Assembly (NCBI GenBank): GCA_012295275.1
Contig: CM022677.1
Location: forward strand, 18,166,001 to 18,230,000
Reading direction: 5' to 3'
Length of the DNA: 64,000 nucleotides
Source of the DNA: Chrysomallon squamiferum
Lineage: Eukaryota > Animalia > Mollusca
A program made the position numbers and the translations under genes. The notes beneath the pieces were generated by a model. That model made no database searches and was not told where the DNA came from. It saw only the letters and a list, made by a program, of their open reading frames with translations. Positions 14,239-28,459 of the stretch are shown in pieces (within the stretch, counting starts at the first letter, position 1; each line of letters starts with the position of its first letter).

Positions 14239-14552
14239 ACTTGATGAAAGAAAACGTCACATTTAACAGTCAACAGAATTTTCATTAGATGAAAAATTAT
14301 TTTCAACTGACTGTAAGTAAGGATTAATCAGAATTACGCAAAAAATGATTTTTTTTTTTTTTTTTTTAATTAAAATTTTAATCAGCTTTTAATACAGTGA
14401 TGAAATTTGATTGACAGCTTAGTTTGGTGAAGAAATCTTTATAAAAGAAGGTAGAAAAATGATCGACATTTGAGAAGAAATCTTTATTAAAGAAGGTAGA
14501 AAAATAATCGACATTTCAGAAGAAATTTCTGGAAGAATTTCGCAACAAATTG
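14173..14552 (+). promoter_or_regulatory. Promoter and non-coding exon 1 of GPCR A3 (with a 45-bp core-promoter duplication)
   Basis: TTACCAACTCACGAAC 14173; 18-mer 14242-14259; TGATTGACAG 14408-14417; TATAAAA 14440-14446; duplicated unit 14429-14473/14474-14518; donor GTAAGT at 14553; acceptor AG at 15869-15870. Confidence 0.75.
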
Positions 14553-14800
14553 GTAAGTGTGTACACGTATTAATTAATTATTACAATATCTACTAGTAAT
14601 AATACTATTACTTTTACTACTACTACTTCTATCACCACTATTATTATGAATATTCTAGTATCTACAAATGCTATTACTACTACTACTACTAACTCTGCTA
14701 CTACTAATAGTACTATTACTAATTCTAATTTTACTAATAAAAATATTAGCAATAACAACAACACCAACCACAATAATAATAATAAGAAGAAGACTAATTA

Positions 14801-14889
<89 letters not shown>

Positions 14890-15196
14890 TAATAATAATA
14901 ATAATAATAATATTAATAATAATAATCGAAGTCTGTAGCTATATATTAAAAAAACAAATTACAGATGCTATCGCTCTGGTTTATTATTTTATTTTATTTA
15001 AAATACTTTGTTCTTATCTTGTTCGAAAATGTTGTTCGATTAGAAAAAAATTAAAATATTTTGGTCTTACTCCGTAAATGCATTTTTTCTTTTATACTGC
15101 AAAATAAATACATTTCTTATCCTGAAGAAGTTCAGTTAATTTTGTTTACACAAAACCGATTAAGTTAAATATAAGTTCATTACTTTGATACAATCT

Positions 15197-15318
<122 letters not shown>

Positions 15319-15548
15319 ATATATATATAAACCAGTGAATAAATAAATACACAATTAAATACATAAATCAATCATTTAATTAATAAATCACAGTAATAAG
15401 AATAGTAATAATAATAATGATAATAATCATAACAATAATAATAATAATAGACGTAATATTATTAATAACAATAATAGTAACAATAATAATAGCAAAATAA
15501 TAGCAATAATAATAACATAAAAAAATAATAATAATAACAGTAGAAACA

Positions 15549-15586
<38 letters not shown>

Positions 15587-15830
15587 TATAATAATAATAA
15601 TAACAATATAGTCACACTTAGATATAGAAAAGCGTTTATTGTATTTACTATGATATAGAAAAAAATTCCAAAATCTCTCTGATTACGCAGGTCATAGTTC
15701 ATACTCTTTCTCTCCCTGTCAGTCTGTCTCTCTGTCTGTCTGTCTTCTACGAATTTGAACATTGTACTTCATCCATCCACCCACCCGTCGTTTATCTGTC
15801 TGTTTTAATTATGACTGTGATTAAGACACA

Positions 15831-15864
<34 letters not shown>

Positions 15865-15881
15865 TTTCAGACGTTAATTGG

Positions 15882-17015
15882 ATGAATATGAATACAACGT
15901 CGGTCATGACGGAGTCAACATCAACGTACATCAGCAGTACAGCAGGATTCCAGCTCATTAACCAATCAAACGCGAGCACCGTGTCACCTCTGACAAATTT
16001 ACTGTATTTTGATTTACGTGGAATTGGCTATTTTAGCCTCGTAGTAATTGTATGTATACTGGCAGCCATCGGAAACGCACTCCAGTTTACTCTGATGAAC
16101 GATTCAAAGTTGTCTCCCTTCTCTTACTCAGTCTACATGAAATTTCTCAGTTTCTCTGACACCTGGTTGCTAAGCATCGAACTTATGAGAGAATCTGAAA
16201 TCCAGTTTCGTATTCCAAGATTCGTTGACGTCAGCAATTTCTGGTGCAAAATAGTAAACACATTGCGACTATTTCCCATGATCCTCTCGCCTTGGCTGAT
16301 CGTAGGACTGACGCTGGACAGATACATCTGTGTCAGTTTTCCACTGTCACGTGACTGCTTTTGCACGAGAAGGAAAGCTTTCGTCGTCTGCTGGTCTATG
16401 GTTCTCGTTATTTTCGTTCTGCACATCCCTGTTCTTGTCATGGTTGAAATAAACGACGGTGTATGCTATCCAACAAAAGAAGTTGGTTTTCTTATCGTTG
16501 CGTATCGACTAGTTCTCTCGTCCACACTTCCGTGTGTCTGTATCTTCGTCCTCAACGTCATGATCATCGCTCACGTGCAACGGAGCAACGAATTCAGGAG
16601 CACCTTCATGAGATCTGGCAAAGAATCCACCAATCAGAAGCAAGATAAGGCAACGCGACCTCTCGTTCTCGTTTCCGTTCTTGCTCTGCTAACTATTCTA
16701 CCCGCCGCGGTGTCAGATTGTGTTTACGTAGGACTCAAACTTAGCCGGTCCGACACGTTAGCTTTTACATTATCTGGCAGTCTTTGGCCCCTCTTCAATA
16801 TGATCTATTTGTTAAACTTTGCTCAGAATTTTTACATTCTGATGGGAAGTGCCAGGAACTACAGAGAAATCATGTTAAAGAAATTTAGATGTTTGAAGAC
16901 GCCAGTGGATAGAAGGACACATACAAAGAAAATGTCGTCTGAAAATTCTGATTCTGCCAGTTGCCATCTGTCGTCTATTTCTGATGTCGTTGCAATGACT
17001 GAATTAGGAACGTAA
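15882..17015 (+). CDS. Orphan class A GPCR, subfamily A copy 3, 377 aa
   Basis: Complete 7TM ORF with the same motifs as A2. Acceptor tttttcAG lies 11 nt upstream. Confidence 0.93.
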   Translation: MNMNTTSVMTESTSTYISSTAGFQLINQSNASTVSPLTNLLYFDLRGIGYFSLVVIVCILAAIGNALQFTLMNDSKLSPFSYSVYMKFLSFSDTWLLSIELMRESEIQFRIPRFVDVSNFWCKIVNTLRLFPMILSPWLIVGLTLDRYICVSFPLSRDCFCTRRKAFVVCWSMVLVIFVLHIPVLVMVEINDGVCYPTKEVGFLIVAYRLVLSSTLPCVCIFVLNVMIIAHVQRSNEFRSTFMRSGKESTNQKQDKATRPLVLVSVLALLTILPAAVSDCVYVGLKLSRSDTLAFTLSGSLWPLFNMIYLLNFAQNFYILMGSARNYREIMLKKFRCLKTPVDRRTHTKKMSSENSDSASCHLSSISDVVAMTELGT

Positions 17016-17099
17016 ACATATATATGTGTCTGTATGTGTGTGCGTGTGTGTGTGTTTGTGTACGTGTGTGTGTGTTTTGTGTGTGTGTGTATATGTTTA

Positions 17100-17816
17100 C
17101 AGTGGTACGTCGATTTCGTTTTCCTTTCGTGACTGAGCTCATAACTCAATTTGCTCGCATATCAAATTAATTTTCCTGACTGAAATTAATTGAAATACAA
17201 TTAATCCGTTCCAGAGCCCCCCAAAACCACCATATTTTTATTTTTTTTTAACGTTTTTTTTTAAGAAAAATGTATTTTTCAATCACAAATATTGTAAAAA
17301 CAAAATAAAAGAGAATGTAAAGAAATAAATTAGTTTTTTTATCTTGGAGATCAAACAAATTAGTTTAACGCCTTTAGCTGGAGTTATAGGCTTCATCGAC
17401 TCCTTCTGCTTCAGTATGGTACATATCGTAAAAGTACTACGCTCGTACTGTCTAGCCAAGTCGATTATATGCACACCTGGCTCAAGATTTTTCTATGATT
17501 TCATTCATTAATTCAATTGACATCATCCGCTTCTTCGTCTCAGCACTTGTCCTTTGCACTCACTTTCTTATGATCCATGGTCAGAAAAAAGAAATTTGGC
17601 AAAATACTTCACAAAACGCGAAAACAACACAACAGAGATGCTTCCGCGGCGAGGTAACCACGTGAAGTAAACGAGTGAGACGCGGGATGCTGGGCGGATG
17701 TTTTGTTGTTCGTTGCGCCAACTAGCGGCGGCGATTCTGAAACTCGCTCGTTACCCGGATTTTGTTTCGCAACTCAAAGCAAAAAATTGGGCACTCGTAA
17801 GTCAAAGGTACCACTG
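17100..17816 (-). mobile_element. Tigger/pogo-like relic, copy 3
   Basis: TIRs CAGTGGTAC...GGTACCACTG. ORF 17474-17283 (DLARQYERSTFTICTILKQKE) is an HTH remnant. Confidence 0.8.
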
Positions 17817-20340
17817 TGTATATTCATAAATACAAAGCTATATACATATGGAAACATGCATAGATAAACACACATAGACACACACACAGACATAAACACA
17901 CTGTGGCACCTGTCTTTAGCGGCCACGTACGATATACGGACACTTTTCCGAGTCCCAATTGTTTCTCACTAGGTTTGTTCCTTAGATCAGCGGACACCTG
18001 ATTACTATTCTACCACTAAAGCGGACAGTAATACGGATTTGGATTCCTTTTCTTCAAAATAATTAATTTTCTTTTTCTGCTGTTTAATACGACATTTTTA
18101 AAGATGGCGTCGACTATTTCCTGCACTACATATTACATGCAGATTTTTATTTTTTATTTTATTTTTTTTCGAATAACGTTAGGCGAATTGTTTGCGTAAT
18201 GTTTGCCAGCGAAACCGTGCGAGTTCAAACCACATGGTACGTAATTTTGGTAACTCAAACATTCAACGTTATTCTGCCTATTTATGTCTTATAAATACCG
18301 AGTCTTTTGACATCTAAACGATGGTGCGACTGGTGTTAATCGGACCTCTGTTTGGGTTTCAAACACAGTATTTTTTAAAACACAAATATATCGTATTCTT
18401 CTTATGAGTTTGATCACGTGCAAATATTAGTTTTATCAAAGAACTCGATGTATTTGCAATCGTATTTTAAGACTAAGCCGCGCCCGACCATGATGATTTA
18501 CTTTCCTTGTGCTTAGTGGTGTAATGAAACTCAATAAAGTTTTAAAATATATTTTAAAATTTTAAATAAAATAAAAAATAAAAACCAACAAAGAAACAAA
18601 CTTGTAAAGATTGGCCCTCTGATGAGAGGACACCTGCTGTGTAAAGACACTGTATAAGTGTGCATGTATGTGTGTATATATATATATATAAACATGTATG
18701 TATATAGACATAGATAGATCGATATGAAATAGGAACATAATAAAGTGCTATGTTGTTCACTTGCCATTGATTTCAATATAGCGTTTATTCCTAACTTTGA
18801 TGGAAAAGGAAAGATAAATCTGTATGTTTTGATATTATTGTCTTTTCAATAAACATAAGTGTTTAAAATTTAAATTTTAATGTGTTTTATTTAGTTATAT
18901 TGTGCACTGTGAATATTAAACAGATTAACGTGTCATTTGAATTTGTTTTTATTAACTTCTATCAGTTCACTAACTATTCATTGATTTTGTTGTGTAACAT
19001 AGAAATGTCTTCTCCTAGATTCAAGTAGATCCAAGCTGACATAGAAACATAAAGTCTGAGAGAGAGAAGAAAAGAAAAGAAAAGAAATGGAAAGAAATAA
19101 ATATTTTATCTTTGGCGTTTTAACAAGCAACTTCAAGATTTCCAATCATTAATATGTCGTCATCTGATATTAACCTCTGCGATTTAGTTAATGTAGATCT
19201 TCTCAGTTTTATTTATCTATTTATTTGCTTGCGTGTTTGCTGATATGATAGGTCGGTGGTTGCATGCGTCTGATCAATAATATCAAGTTGTCCGAGTTTT
19301 TAAAATTATTTTTTTTTTTTTAGTTTTATTCAGCTTTAAGAAAGGACAATATTTTCATTACAATCTGACATTACGCGCGCGCACACACACAATACGTACA
19401 CATAAACATATGCAAGCATCACATGCATATATTCACTCATACACACACAGACATGCACACATGAACATCCCATATACAACCACACAGACGAACTCATACA
19501 AACATACAGATATGCACATAAACACACAACCACACACAGACACTAGACACATTTATTCAAACATACAGATAAATAGACACACATACACTCACAAACACAT
19601 ACATACACACAGGCACAGACAAATACATGCACATACACACGTGCACATTATAAAAGTCAATACTTCCAACAGTCTACAATATTACTAACTATCGCTAAGT
19701 CTTTTTGCTGGATGTTATACGAAAAGGTCGATCTATTAATTGCATGTCGGAGCTACAAATGTACATCAGTTGATCAATCGATGCACATGTGGAGGGAGAA
19801 ACGAACAGACAGAGACACAGAGAGAAAAACACAGAGAGAGAAACACAGTCAGTTAGACAGGTTTATATATAGGCAAAAATAAACAAAAAGATAAAGAGAC
19901 AGAAAGATGGATTCATAACTGTATATTTAGATTGCTGGGTAGCAGGATACATACATACATACATACATACATACATACATACTTACATACATACATACAT
20001 ACATATGACAGAAATAGAGGAACGTATGGACGTGTGAATGGACAAACAAACGGGTTTAGTAATTAAATTCTTTATTTACATAGAAAGCAAAATTACATCA
20101 TTGGATTCTTCTAATTATTTGAAGTAATAAAACATTTACTAATTTCTCAAAATATAGCTTATAACAAAATAATAACACAAACTGTTTAATCGTACTATAA
20201 TAAACTATAATAATAATAATAATGATGATGATGATGATGATGACGATGAAAATAATAATGATAATGATAATGATGATGATGATAATAATAGTAATAATGA
20301 TAATAATACTAATAATGATACTGATAAAAAATGAACAACA

Positions 20341-20379
<39 letters not shown>

Positions 20380-21172
20380 GTAATAATAATAATAATAATA
20401 ATGAGGAGGAGGAGGAGGAGGAGAATAATAATGATGATTATGATAATGATGATGATGATGATAGCGTTAATAATAATCTAACGTTTCAACTAGAGTACAG
20501 CAGAAAAATACATATTAAAACAGATATACAATTACAGTTTGTTGAAATAACTACGTCATATGTCACTGAAATAATGACGTAATATGATGTTGAAATAAGA
20601 TCTCAGTACAACGTTGAAATAACTTAACAAAACATGGACATTACAGAATAGGATGTTAAAATGAAACACTTAAACGATAAAGTAATAAATCATTGAAATA
20701 AAAACATAATAACACGTTGAAATGACAATATAAAATAATCAAACTAACAATACAAAACGTTCAGAATAAAAACAAAATAAAAATGAAATAACCGCGCAGT
20801 AAAACCTTAACTAAAGAACAGAGGAAAAACAAATTCAGTTGTCTCCCTTCATTATGAAGGCTCGGCAGTAGATATTTTATGCGTACATGTTTAAATACTG
20901 ACAGAAATAATGACATTTAAAGGATGAGGAATATTTGTAAGATAAATGAAAGATAACAACAGAAACAAACAAACAAATAAGAAAATAAATAAGTAAATAA
21001 ATAATAACGTGTTAAATGATTCTGAATGTTTAGTGATAAAGTGTATAAAATAAAACAATTATACAGTTAGCCGTTTTTAAATATGTATAGAAATAAAAGC
21101 TGTTTCATAAAACATACAGTGTAGACATTATAGAAAATAAATAAATAATTAAATAAATAAATAAATAATAAC

Positions 21173-21216
<44 letters not shown>

Positions 21217-21244
21217 TCATAAAATAATAATAATAATAATAATA

Positions 21245-21276
<32 letters not shown>

Positions 21277-21747
21277 AATACTAAATTAAAATAACGTATA
21301 ATATTATTCCTTTTATTTTATCATTGAAGAGATATATTTACTGTATCTTTTTTCCTAAAGAAATTTAAATATTTAAAGATTGTTCCATCAATGAAGAAAT
21401 GTCATCATTTATATTGTCACTGAGAAGATGGTGAAAAACATTGCCCTAGATATCAGCGTACCCAAGTATTATTAATAATTTAAGGTGTGGTAACCCCCCT
21501 CAGCAACATCAAAACAAACTATATATCTATATTTATAATCCTAATATCTATCTATCCATCTGTCTATATATATATATATATATATAATTCAATACAATAA
21601 ATAAGAACGCTGCTAGAACAAGTTAATTTTCTATCATCTAGCAAATTTATTATTATTATTGTTGTTGTTATTATTTTAATAACACCATAAGGTCGCACTG
21701 AATAAGTAATGTATTTGTATGTATGTATGTGTGTGTATATAAATAAT

Positions 21748-21834
<87 letters not shown>

Positions 21835-22244
21835 GATAGATAGATATGTAGATAGATAGATATATACACTCACCACTGAAATGATTTTAGAAGACGATGA
21901 ATGAAAACAATACAAATAAGAAGAAAATAAAAATATAATGAAAAGGAAAATGACAATGATAATAATAATATCATTTGTATCCGGGTAAATATATATTTAC
22001 GAATGACTAAACCGTACATGAACCCTGAAACAATTATAAAAAGATAACAACAACAACGACCACAACAGCAATAATAATAATGACGATAATGATGATGATG
22101 ATGATGATGACGATAATAATAATAATAATAATAAAATTAGCCAGTAAAATAACCATTGAAAAATATATGAACAGTCTCTTGAAAGCTGTTAAATAAAAAT
22201 CGTTGATTTAAGAAACGAAATAATTAGCAGAGCATATTAATACT

Positions 22245-22561
22245 TTACCAACTCACCACAATATATTTAATATATGTGTATATATATATATAGACTTGAT
22301 GAGGGAAAACGTCACATTTAACAGTCGACAGAATTTTCATTAGATGAAAAATTCTTTTCAACTGACTGTAAGTAAGGATTAATCAGAATTACACAAAAAA
22401 TGATTTTTTTTTTTTTTTTTTAATTAAAATTTTAATCAGCCTTCAATACAGTGATGAAATTTGATTGACAGCTTAGTGTGGTGAAGAAATCTTTATAAAA
22501 GAAGGTAGAAAAATAATCGACATTTCAGAAGAAATTTCTGGAAGAATTTCGCAACAAATTG
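22245..22561 (+). promoter_or_regulatory. Promoter and non-coding exon 1 of GPCR A4
   Basis: Variant 18-mer TGATGAGGGAAAACGTCA 22297-22314; TGATTGACAG 22462-22471; TATAAAA 22494-22500; donor GTAAGT at 22562; acceptor AG at 23827-23828. Confidence 0.75.
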
Positions 22562-22778
22562 GTAAGTGTATACACGTATTAATTAATTACTACAATATCT
22601 ACTAGTAATAATACTATTACTATTATCACTACTACTATCACCACTATTATTATGACTATTCTAGTATCTAAAAATGCTGTTACTACAACTACTACTAATT
22701 CTACTACTACTAATAGTACTATTACTAATTCAACAACACTAACCACAATAATAATAATAAGAAGAAGAAGACTAATTA

Positions 22779-22855
<77 letters not shown>

Positions 22856-23193
22856 GTAGTAGTAGTAGTAATAATAATAATAATAATAATAATGTTAATA
22901 ATAAGAATAATGAAAATATTAATAATATTAATAATAATAATCGAAGTCTGTAGCTATACATTAAAAAAACAGATTACAGATGCTAAACATTGTGGTTTAT
23001 TATTTTATTTTATTTTAAATATTTTCTTCTTACCTTATTCGAAAATGTTATTTTACTAGAAAAAATTAAAATATATTGGTCTTACTCATTTTTTCTTTTA
23101 TACTGCAAAATGAATAAATTTCTTATCCTCAAGAAGTTCAGTTAGATTTTTTTACACAAAACCGATTAAGTTAAATATAAGTTCATTATTTTG

Positions 23194-23246
<53 letters not shown>

Positions 23247-23249
23247 ATA

Positions 23250-23349
<100 letters not shown>

Positions 23350-23447
23350 AGTTAATAAATAAATACACAATTAAATACATAAATAAATCATTTAATTAAT
23401 AAATCAAAATAATAACAATAATAATATAAAAATAATAATAATAACTA

Positions 23448-23502
<55 letters not shown>

Positions 23503-23624
23503 TATAAGTTACACTTAGATATAGAAAAACATTTATTGTATTTACTATCGTATAGAGAAAAAAAATCTCTCTGAGTACGCAGGTCATGGTTCATACTATT
23601 TCTCACTTTCTCACTCTGTCTGAC

Positions 23625-23657
<33 letters not shown>

Positions 23658-23769
23658 GTCTTCTACGTATTTGAACATTGTACTTCATCCATCCATCCAC
23701 CCGTCGTTTATCTGTCTGTTTTAATTATGACTATTATTAAGACTATTATTATTATTATTATTATTATTC

Positions 23770-23804
<35 letters not shown>

Positions 23805-23839
23805 TAATTATTATTATTATTATTTCAGACGTAAATTGG

Positions 23840-24973
23840 ATGAATATGAATACAACGTCGGTCATGACGGAGTCAACGTCAACGTACATCAGCAGTACAA
23901 CAGGATTTGAATTGATTAACCAATCAAACGCGAGCACTGTATCACCTTCCACAAATTTACTGTATTTTAATTTACGTGGAATTGGCTATTTAAGCCTCGT
24001 AGCAATCGTAGCTATACTGGGAGCCATCGGAAACGCACTGCAGTTTATTCTCATGAACGATTCAAAGTTATCTCTCTTCTCCTACTCAGTCTACATGAAA
24101 TTTCTGAGTTTCTCTGACACCTTGTTGCTAGGCGCCGAACTCTGTCGAGAATCCGAGTTCCAGTTTCATATTCCAAGGTTTGTTAATGTCAGCAATTTCT
24201 CGTGCAAAATCCTACATCTACTGGGTCTGTTTCCCATGTCCCTCTCGCCTTGGCTGATCGTAGGACTGTCGCTGGACAGATACGTCTGTGTCAGTTTCCC
24301 ACTATCACGTGACTGCTTTTGCACGAGAACGAAAGCGTTGGTCGTCTGCTGGTCTATGGTTCTCGTTATTTTTGTTCTGCACATCCCTGTTCTTGTCATG
24401 CTTGAAATAAACGACGGTGTGTGCTTTCCAGGAACGGAAATCGGTTTTGTTTTGATTGCCTATCGAGTCGTTCTCTCGTCCACACTTCCCTGCGTCTGTA
24501 TCTTCGTCCTCAACGTCATGATCATCGCTCACATGCAACGGAGCAACCAATTCAGGAACACCTTCATGAAATCTGGCAAAGAATCTACCGACCTGAAACA
24601 GGATAAGGCAACGCGCCCTCTCGTTTACGTCTCCGTTTTTGCTCTGCTAACTATTCTACCCTCCGCGGTATCAGATTGTGTTTATGTAGGACTCAAGCTT
24701 AGCCGGTCCGACATGTTCGCTTTTGCCTTATCTGACAGTTTTTGGCCGCTGTTCAATTTGATCTATTTATTAAACTTTGCCCAGAATTTTTACATTCTGA
24801 TGGGAAGTGCCAGGAACTACAGAGAAATCATGTTAAAGAAATTTAGATGTTTGAAGACGCGAGTGGATAGAAGGGCACATACAAAGAAAATGTCGTCTGA
24901 AAATTCTGATTCTGCCAGCTGCCATCTGTCCTCTGTTTCTAGTGTTGTTGCAGTGACTGAATTAGGAACGTAA
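23840..24973 (+). CDS. Orphan class A GPCR, subfamily A copy 4, 377 aa
   Basis: Complete 7TM ORF (SLDRY, NFAQNFY). Confidence 0.93.
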   Translation: MNMNTTSVMTESTSTYISSTTGFELINQSNASTVSPSTNLLYFNLRGIGYLSLVAIVAILGAIGNALQFILMNDSKLSLFSYSVYMKFLSFSDTLLLGAELCRESEFQFHIPRFVNVSNFSCKILHLLGLFPMSLSPWLIVGLSLDRYVCVSFPLSRDCFCTRTKALVVCWSMVLVIFVLHIPVLVMLEINDGVCFPGTEIGFVLIAYRVVLSSTLPCVCIFVLNVMIIAHMQRSNQFRNTFMKSGKESTDLKQDKATRPLVYVSVFALLTILPSAVSDCVYVGLKLSRSDMFAFALSDSFWPLFNLIYLLNFAQNFYILMGSARNYREIMLKKFRCLKTRVDRRAHTKKMSSENSDSASCHLSSVSSVVAVTELGT

Positions 24974-25096
24974 ACATATATGTGTGTCTGTATGGAGGGG
25001 TATGTGTGGGTATATGTGTATTTATATATGTATGTACATACACACATGCATACATACATACATACATACATACATACATACATACATACATACATA

Positions 25097-25265
25097 CAGT
25101 GGTACTTTGACTTACGAGTGGTTACTCAATTTGCGCGTATATAAAATACATTTTTCCCTAAAATCACCCTATTTTTTTTTTTTTTTTTTTTTTTTAATGT
25201 GTTTTTAAATAAGAAAATATGTATTTAGAAATGATAAATACTGTACAAAAACAAAATAAAAGTGA
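25097..25265. mobile_element. Truncated Tigger/pogo-like relic, copy 4 (one end only)
   Basis: CAGTGGTACTTTGACTTACGAGTG is the inverted match of the right TIR of the other copies. It is followed by a degraded left arm. Confidence 0.65.
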
Positions 25266-25360
25266 ATGTTTTGTCTTGGACAATAAATATTATGTACAGT
25301 GGCACCTGTCTTTTGCGGTCACTTACGATATATAGACATTATACCGAGTCCCAAGTGTTT

Positions 25361-25570
25361 TTCACTATCGTCTATTTGTTAAACTTTGCTCAGAATTTTT
25401 ACATTCTTATGGGAAGTGCCAGGAACTACAAAGAAATCATGTTAAAGAAATTTAGATGTTTGAAGACGCCAGTGAATAGAAGGACACAACCAAAGAAAAT
25501 GTCGTCTGAAAATTCAAATTCTTGCAGCAGCCATCTGCCATCTAGTTCTGATGTCGTTGCAGGAAAGTAA
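25361..25570 (+). pseudogene. 3' relic of a subfamily A GPCR (TM7 + C-tail only)
   Basis: FTIVYLLNFAQNFYILMGSARNYKEIMLKKFRCLKTP...DVVAGK* is fused directly to spacer DNA. TM1-TM6 and the promoter are missing. Confidence 0.88.
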
Positions 25571-26325
25571 ACACATATATATATATGGATACATGCATAC
25601 ATAGAGACACACACACATACATGAATATATATATTTGGATTTGATTTTCAAAACTAAATAATTTTATTGCACTGCAGCTTTATACGATATATTTTTTTTT
25701 CAAGATGGCGTCGCCCATTTCTTGCATTGCACAGTAGATGCAGGGAGGGTCGTTTTTATCGAATCACATGAGACGGTGAACTGTAATCGTCAAACGCTTG
25801 CCATTCCGTACACATTTATGTTTTATACATACTGCATCTTAGTGGTACTTTTGAAGTCGAAAAGATGACGTGCAAATCAAGTTTTATCAATGAACTCGAT
25901 GTGTTTGCAATGTGTATTTTAAGAGGAAGCTGTTTTCTATGGCAGGGCCTTGTCACTGAAGGTTTATTTTTCTTGTGGTTAGCTGGTGTGATGAATCTGA
26001 ATGAAGAGTGTAAATACGTTAAAATAAATAAATAAATAGAAGGTTGTTTAAGATCGGAACCGAATGAAGTGCAATGTGTTTTTTTCTGGGTGTATTTAAT
26101 TTTGTTTAGTTATTTAGTGAATTGTGAATATTAAAGTGTTTAACCTCTCGTTAGAATTTGTTTTTATTAACTTATGCCATTGTTTTTGTAGTGTAATAGA
26201 GAAATGTTTTCTCCTAGCTTCAAGTAGATCCAAGCTGTAAGAGAAACATAAAGTCTGAGAGAGAGAAAACCGGATAATGGAAAGAAAGATAAACTCATCT
26301 ATATGTACAAACACAGAGAGAGAAT

Positions 26326-26460
<135 letters not shown>

Positions 26461-26551
26461 CTGCATCATATTCGAAGGAAGGAAAAATTCATTCTTATAA
26501 ACAGTGATGACGATGACGATGCTAACACTAAGAAAAATAACAGTAATAATA

Positions 26552-26593
<42 letters not shown>

Positions 26594-27340
26594 GATAATA
26601 AATAAGTATTTAAATAAATAAATAACAACAAATAATAACATCAACAGACACTCAGTTTAGACAGAAAAACAGAAAAAGAAACAAGTTTTTCCTTTACTTA
26701 ACCAGAAATAATCTGCTACAACCATTTACATAAGCAATAATTTAAAAAAATCTCTTTAATATACATAAACAGTAAGCATGCTCTTAAGTCGGTTACATAT
26801 CCTCTTTTGATATGATGTAGATAACAGATCTTAGTTTTATAATGTATACAATATTCTCCTATTATTTTATCTTTGGGATTTTGCAGCGAACTTGAAGATA
26901 TCCATTCATTAATGTGTCATCTTCTGACATTAGCCTTCGCGATTTAGTAAATACAGATATTGCTAATTATATTTATTTATTAATTAATTAATTAATTTAT
27001 TTATTTATTTATTTATTTTTTTTTACGGTAGATAGTCTGTAAGTTGATATGATAGCAGGGAGACTGCACACATCCAGTCAGTAATATGAGGATGGTACTT
27101 TTTTTTTCTGTTTGTTTTCTTCAGTTTTGTTTGTTTGTTCTTTTTTAAACTAAATGTCTAGTTAAACGTAAGTAATTTTATGAACGTGGCATTGAAAACT
27201 TCAGTGACAGATAAAAAGAGGTCACAGAGGGGAACGATGACTATAACAACAATTAAATAAATCAGATATCACGTTTTCTTTATTGTTTTACTGAGTCTTA
27301 AAAAAAGGACAGAACTTTCACTACACACACACACACACTT

Positions 27341-27401
<61 letters not shown>

Positions 27402-27523
27402 ACACACACACACACACACACACACACGCGCTTTATATTTGTCTTCGTAACGGAATTAAATTTAGTGCGGTAGAGTGGATGAGCTTTATTTTATTCCTTA
27501 TAAAAAGAACCATTATTATTGGC

Positions 27524-27613
<90 letters not shown>

Positions 27614-28143
27614 CTCTTCTCCTTCCTTTTTCTTCTCTATCTAACCCCAGCGTTTCACAAACAACATGTCTTTATGACGCAACAACTAACAAATCTTTTC
27701 ACCTTTTTCTCAAGAAATCATTAAATGCAGTACTGACTTGCAAAAGTCAAAACTAATTCCCTGTACTAAGGAAAATACATCTTTATTTAATAACCATCAT
27801 TTACCAGTGTAAGGTGTTACAACATCGATTTCTTATCCGTTTTTAATCTTTCATCTCATCTTTGTAGATTATTAGCTCAGTTCTGTTAGGTCAATGTGTC
27901 ATACACACACTATAAAACACATTACGTATTACAGTCTACATGATTACAAATTGTCGCTTTTCTCTCTTTAAGAGAAAATTTCGAAAACATGTTTGAATGA
28001 TCAATCGATCCATACGTTTTACGGATAAACGAACAGACACAGAGACAGGCAATTAGATAAGTAGATATATAGGTAATAAACAGACAGAAGAAGATATGGC
28101 TTCGTAATTATATATATTTAGATGACTGGGTAGCTGGGTAGCA

Positions 28144-28177
<34 letters not shown>

Positions 28178-28423
28178 GTATACACACACACACAGAGAGA
28201 TGATAGAAATGTAGAGGGACGTATGGATGGGTGAATGGACAAATAAACGGGATTAGTAATTAAATTCTTTATTTACACAGAAAGCAAAATTACATCACTG
28301 GTTTCGTCTTATTGTTTCAAGTAATACAACATTTAATGATTTCTCAAAATATTGATCATAACAAAATAATAACATATTTTTTAATCGTATTATAAACTAT
28401 AATAATAATAATAATAATAATAT

Positions 28424-28459
<36 letters not shown>

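Noticed and set aside
25262-25570. 102-aa ORF as a novel chimeric gene
   Set aside because: It has a non-ATG (GTG) start in spacer/TE DNA fused to a TM7 relic, and no promoter module. It is treated as a pseudogene fragment.
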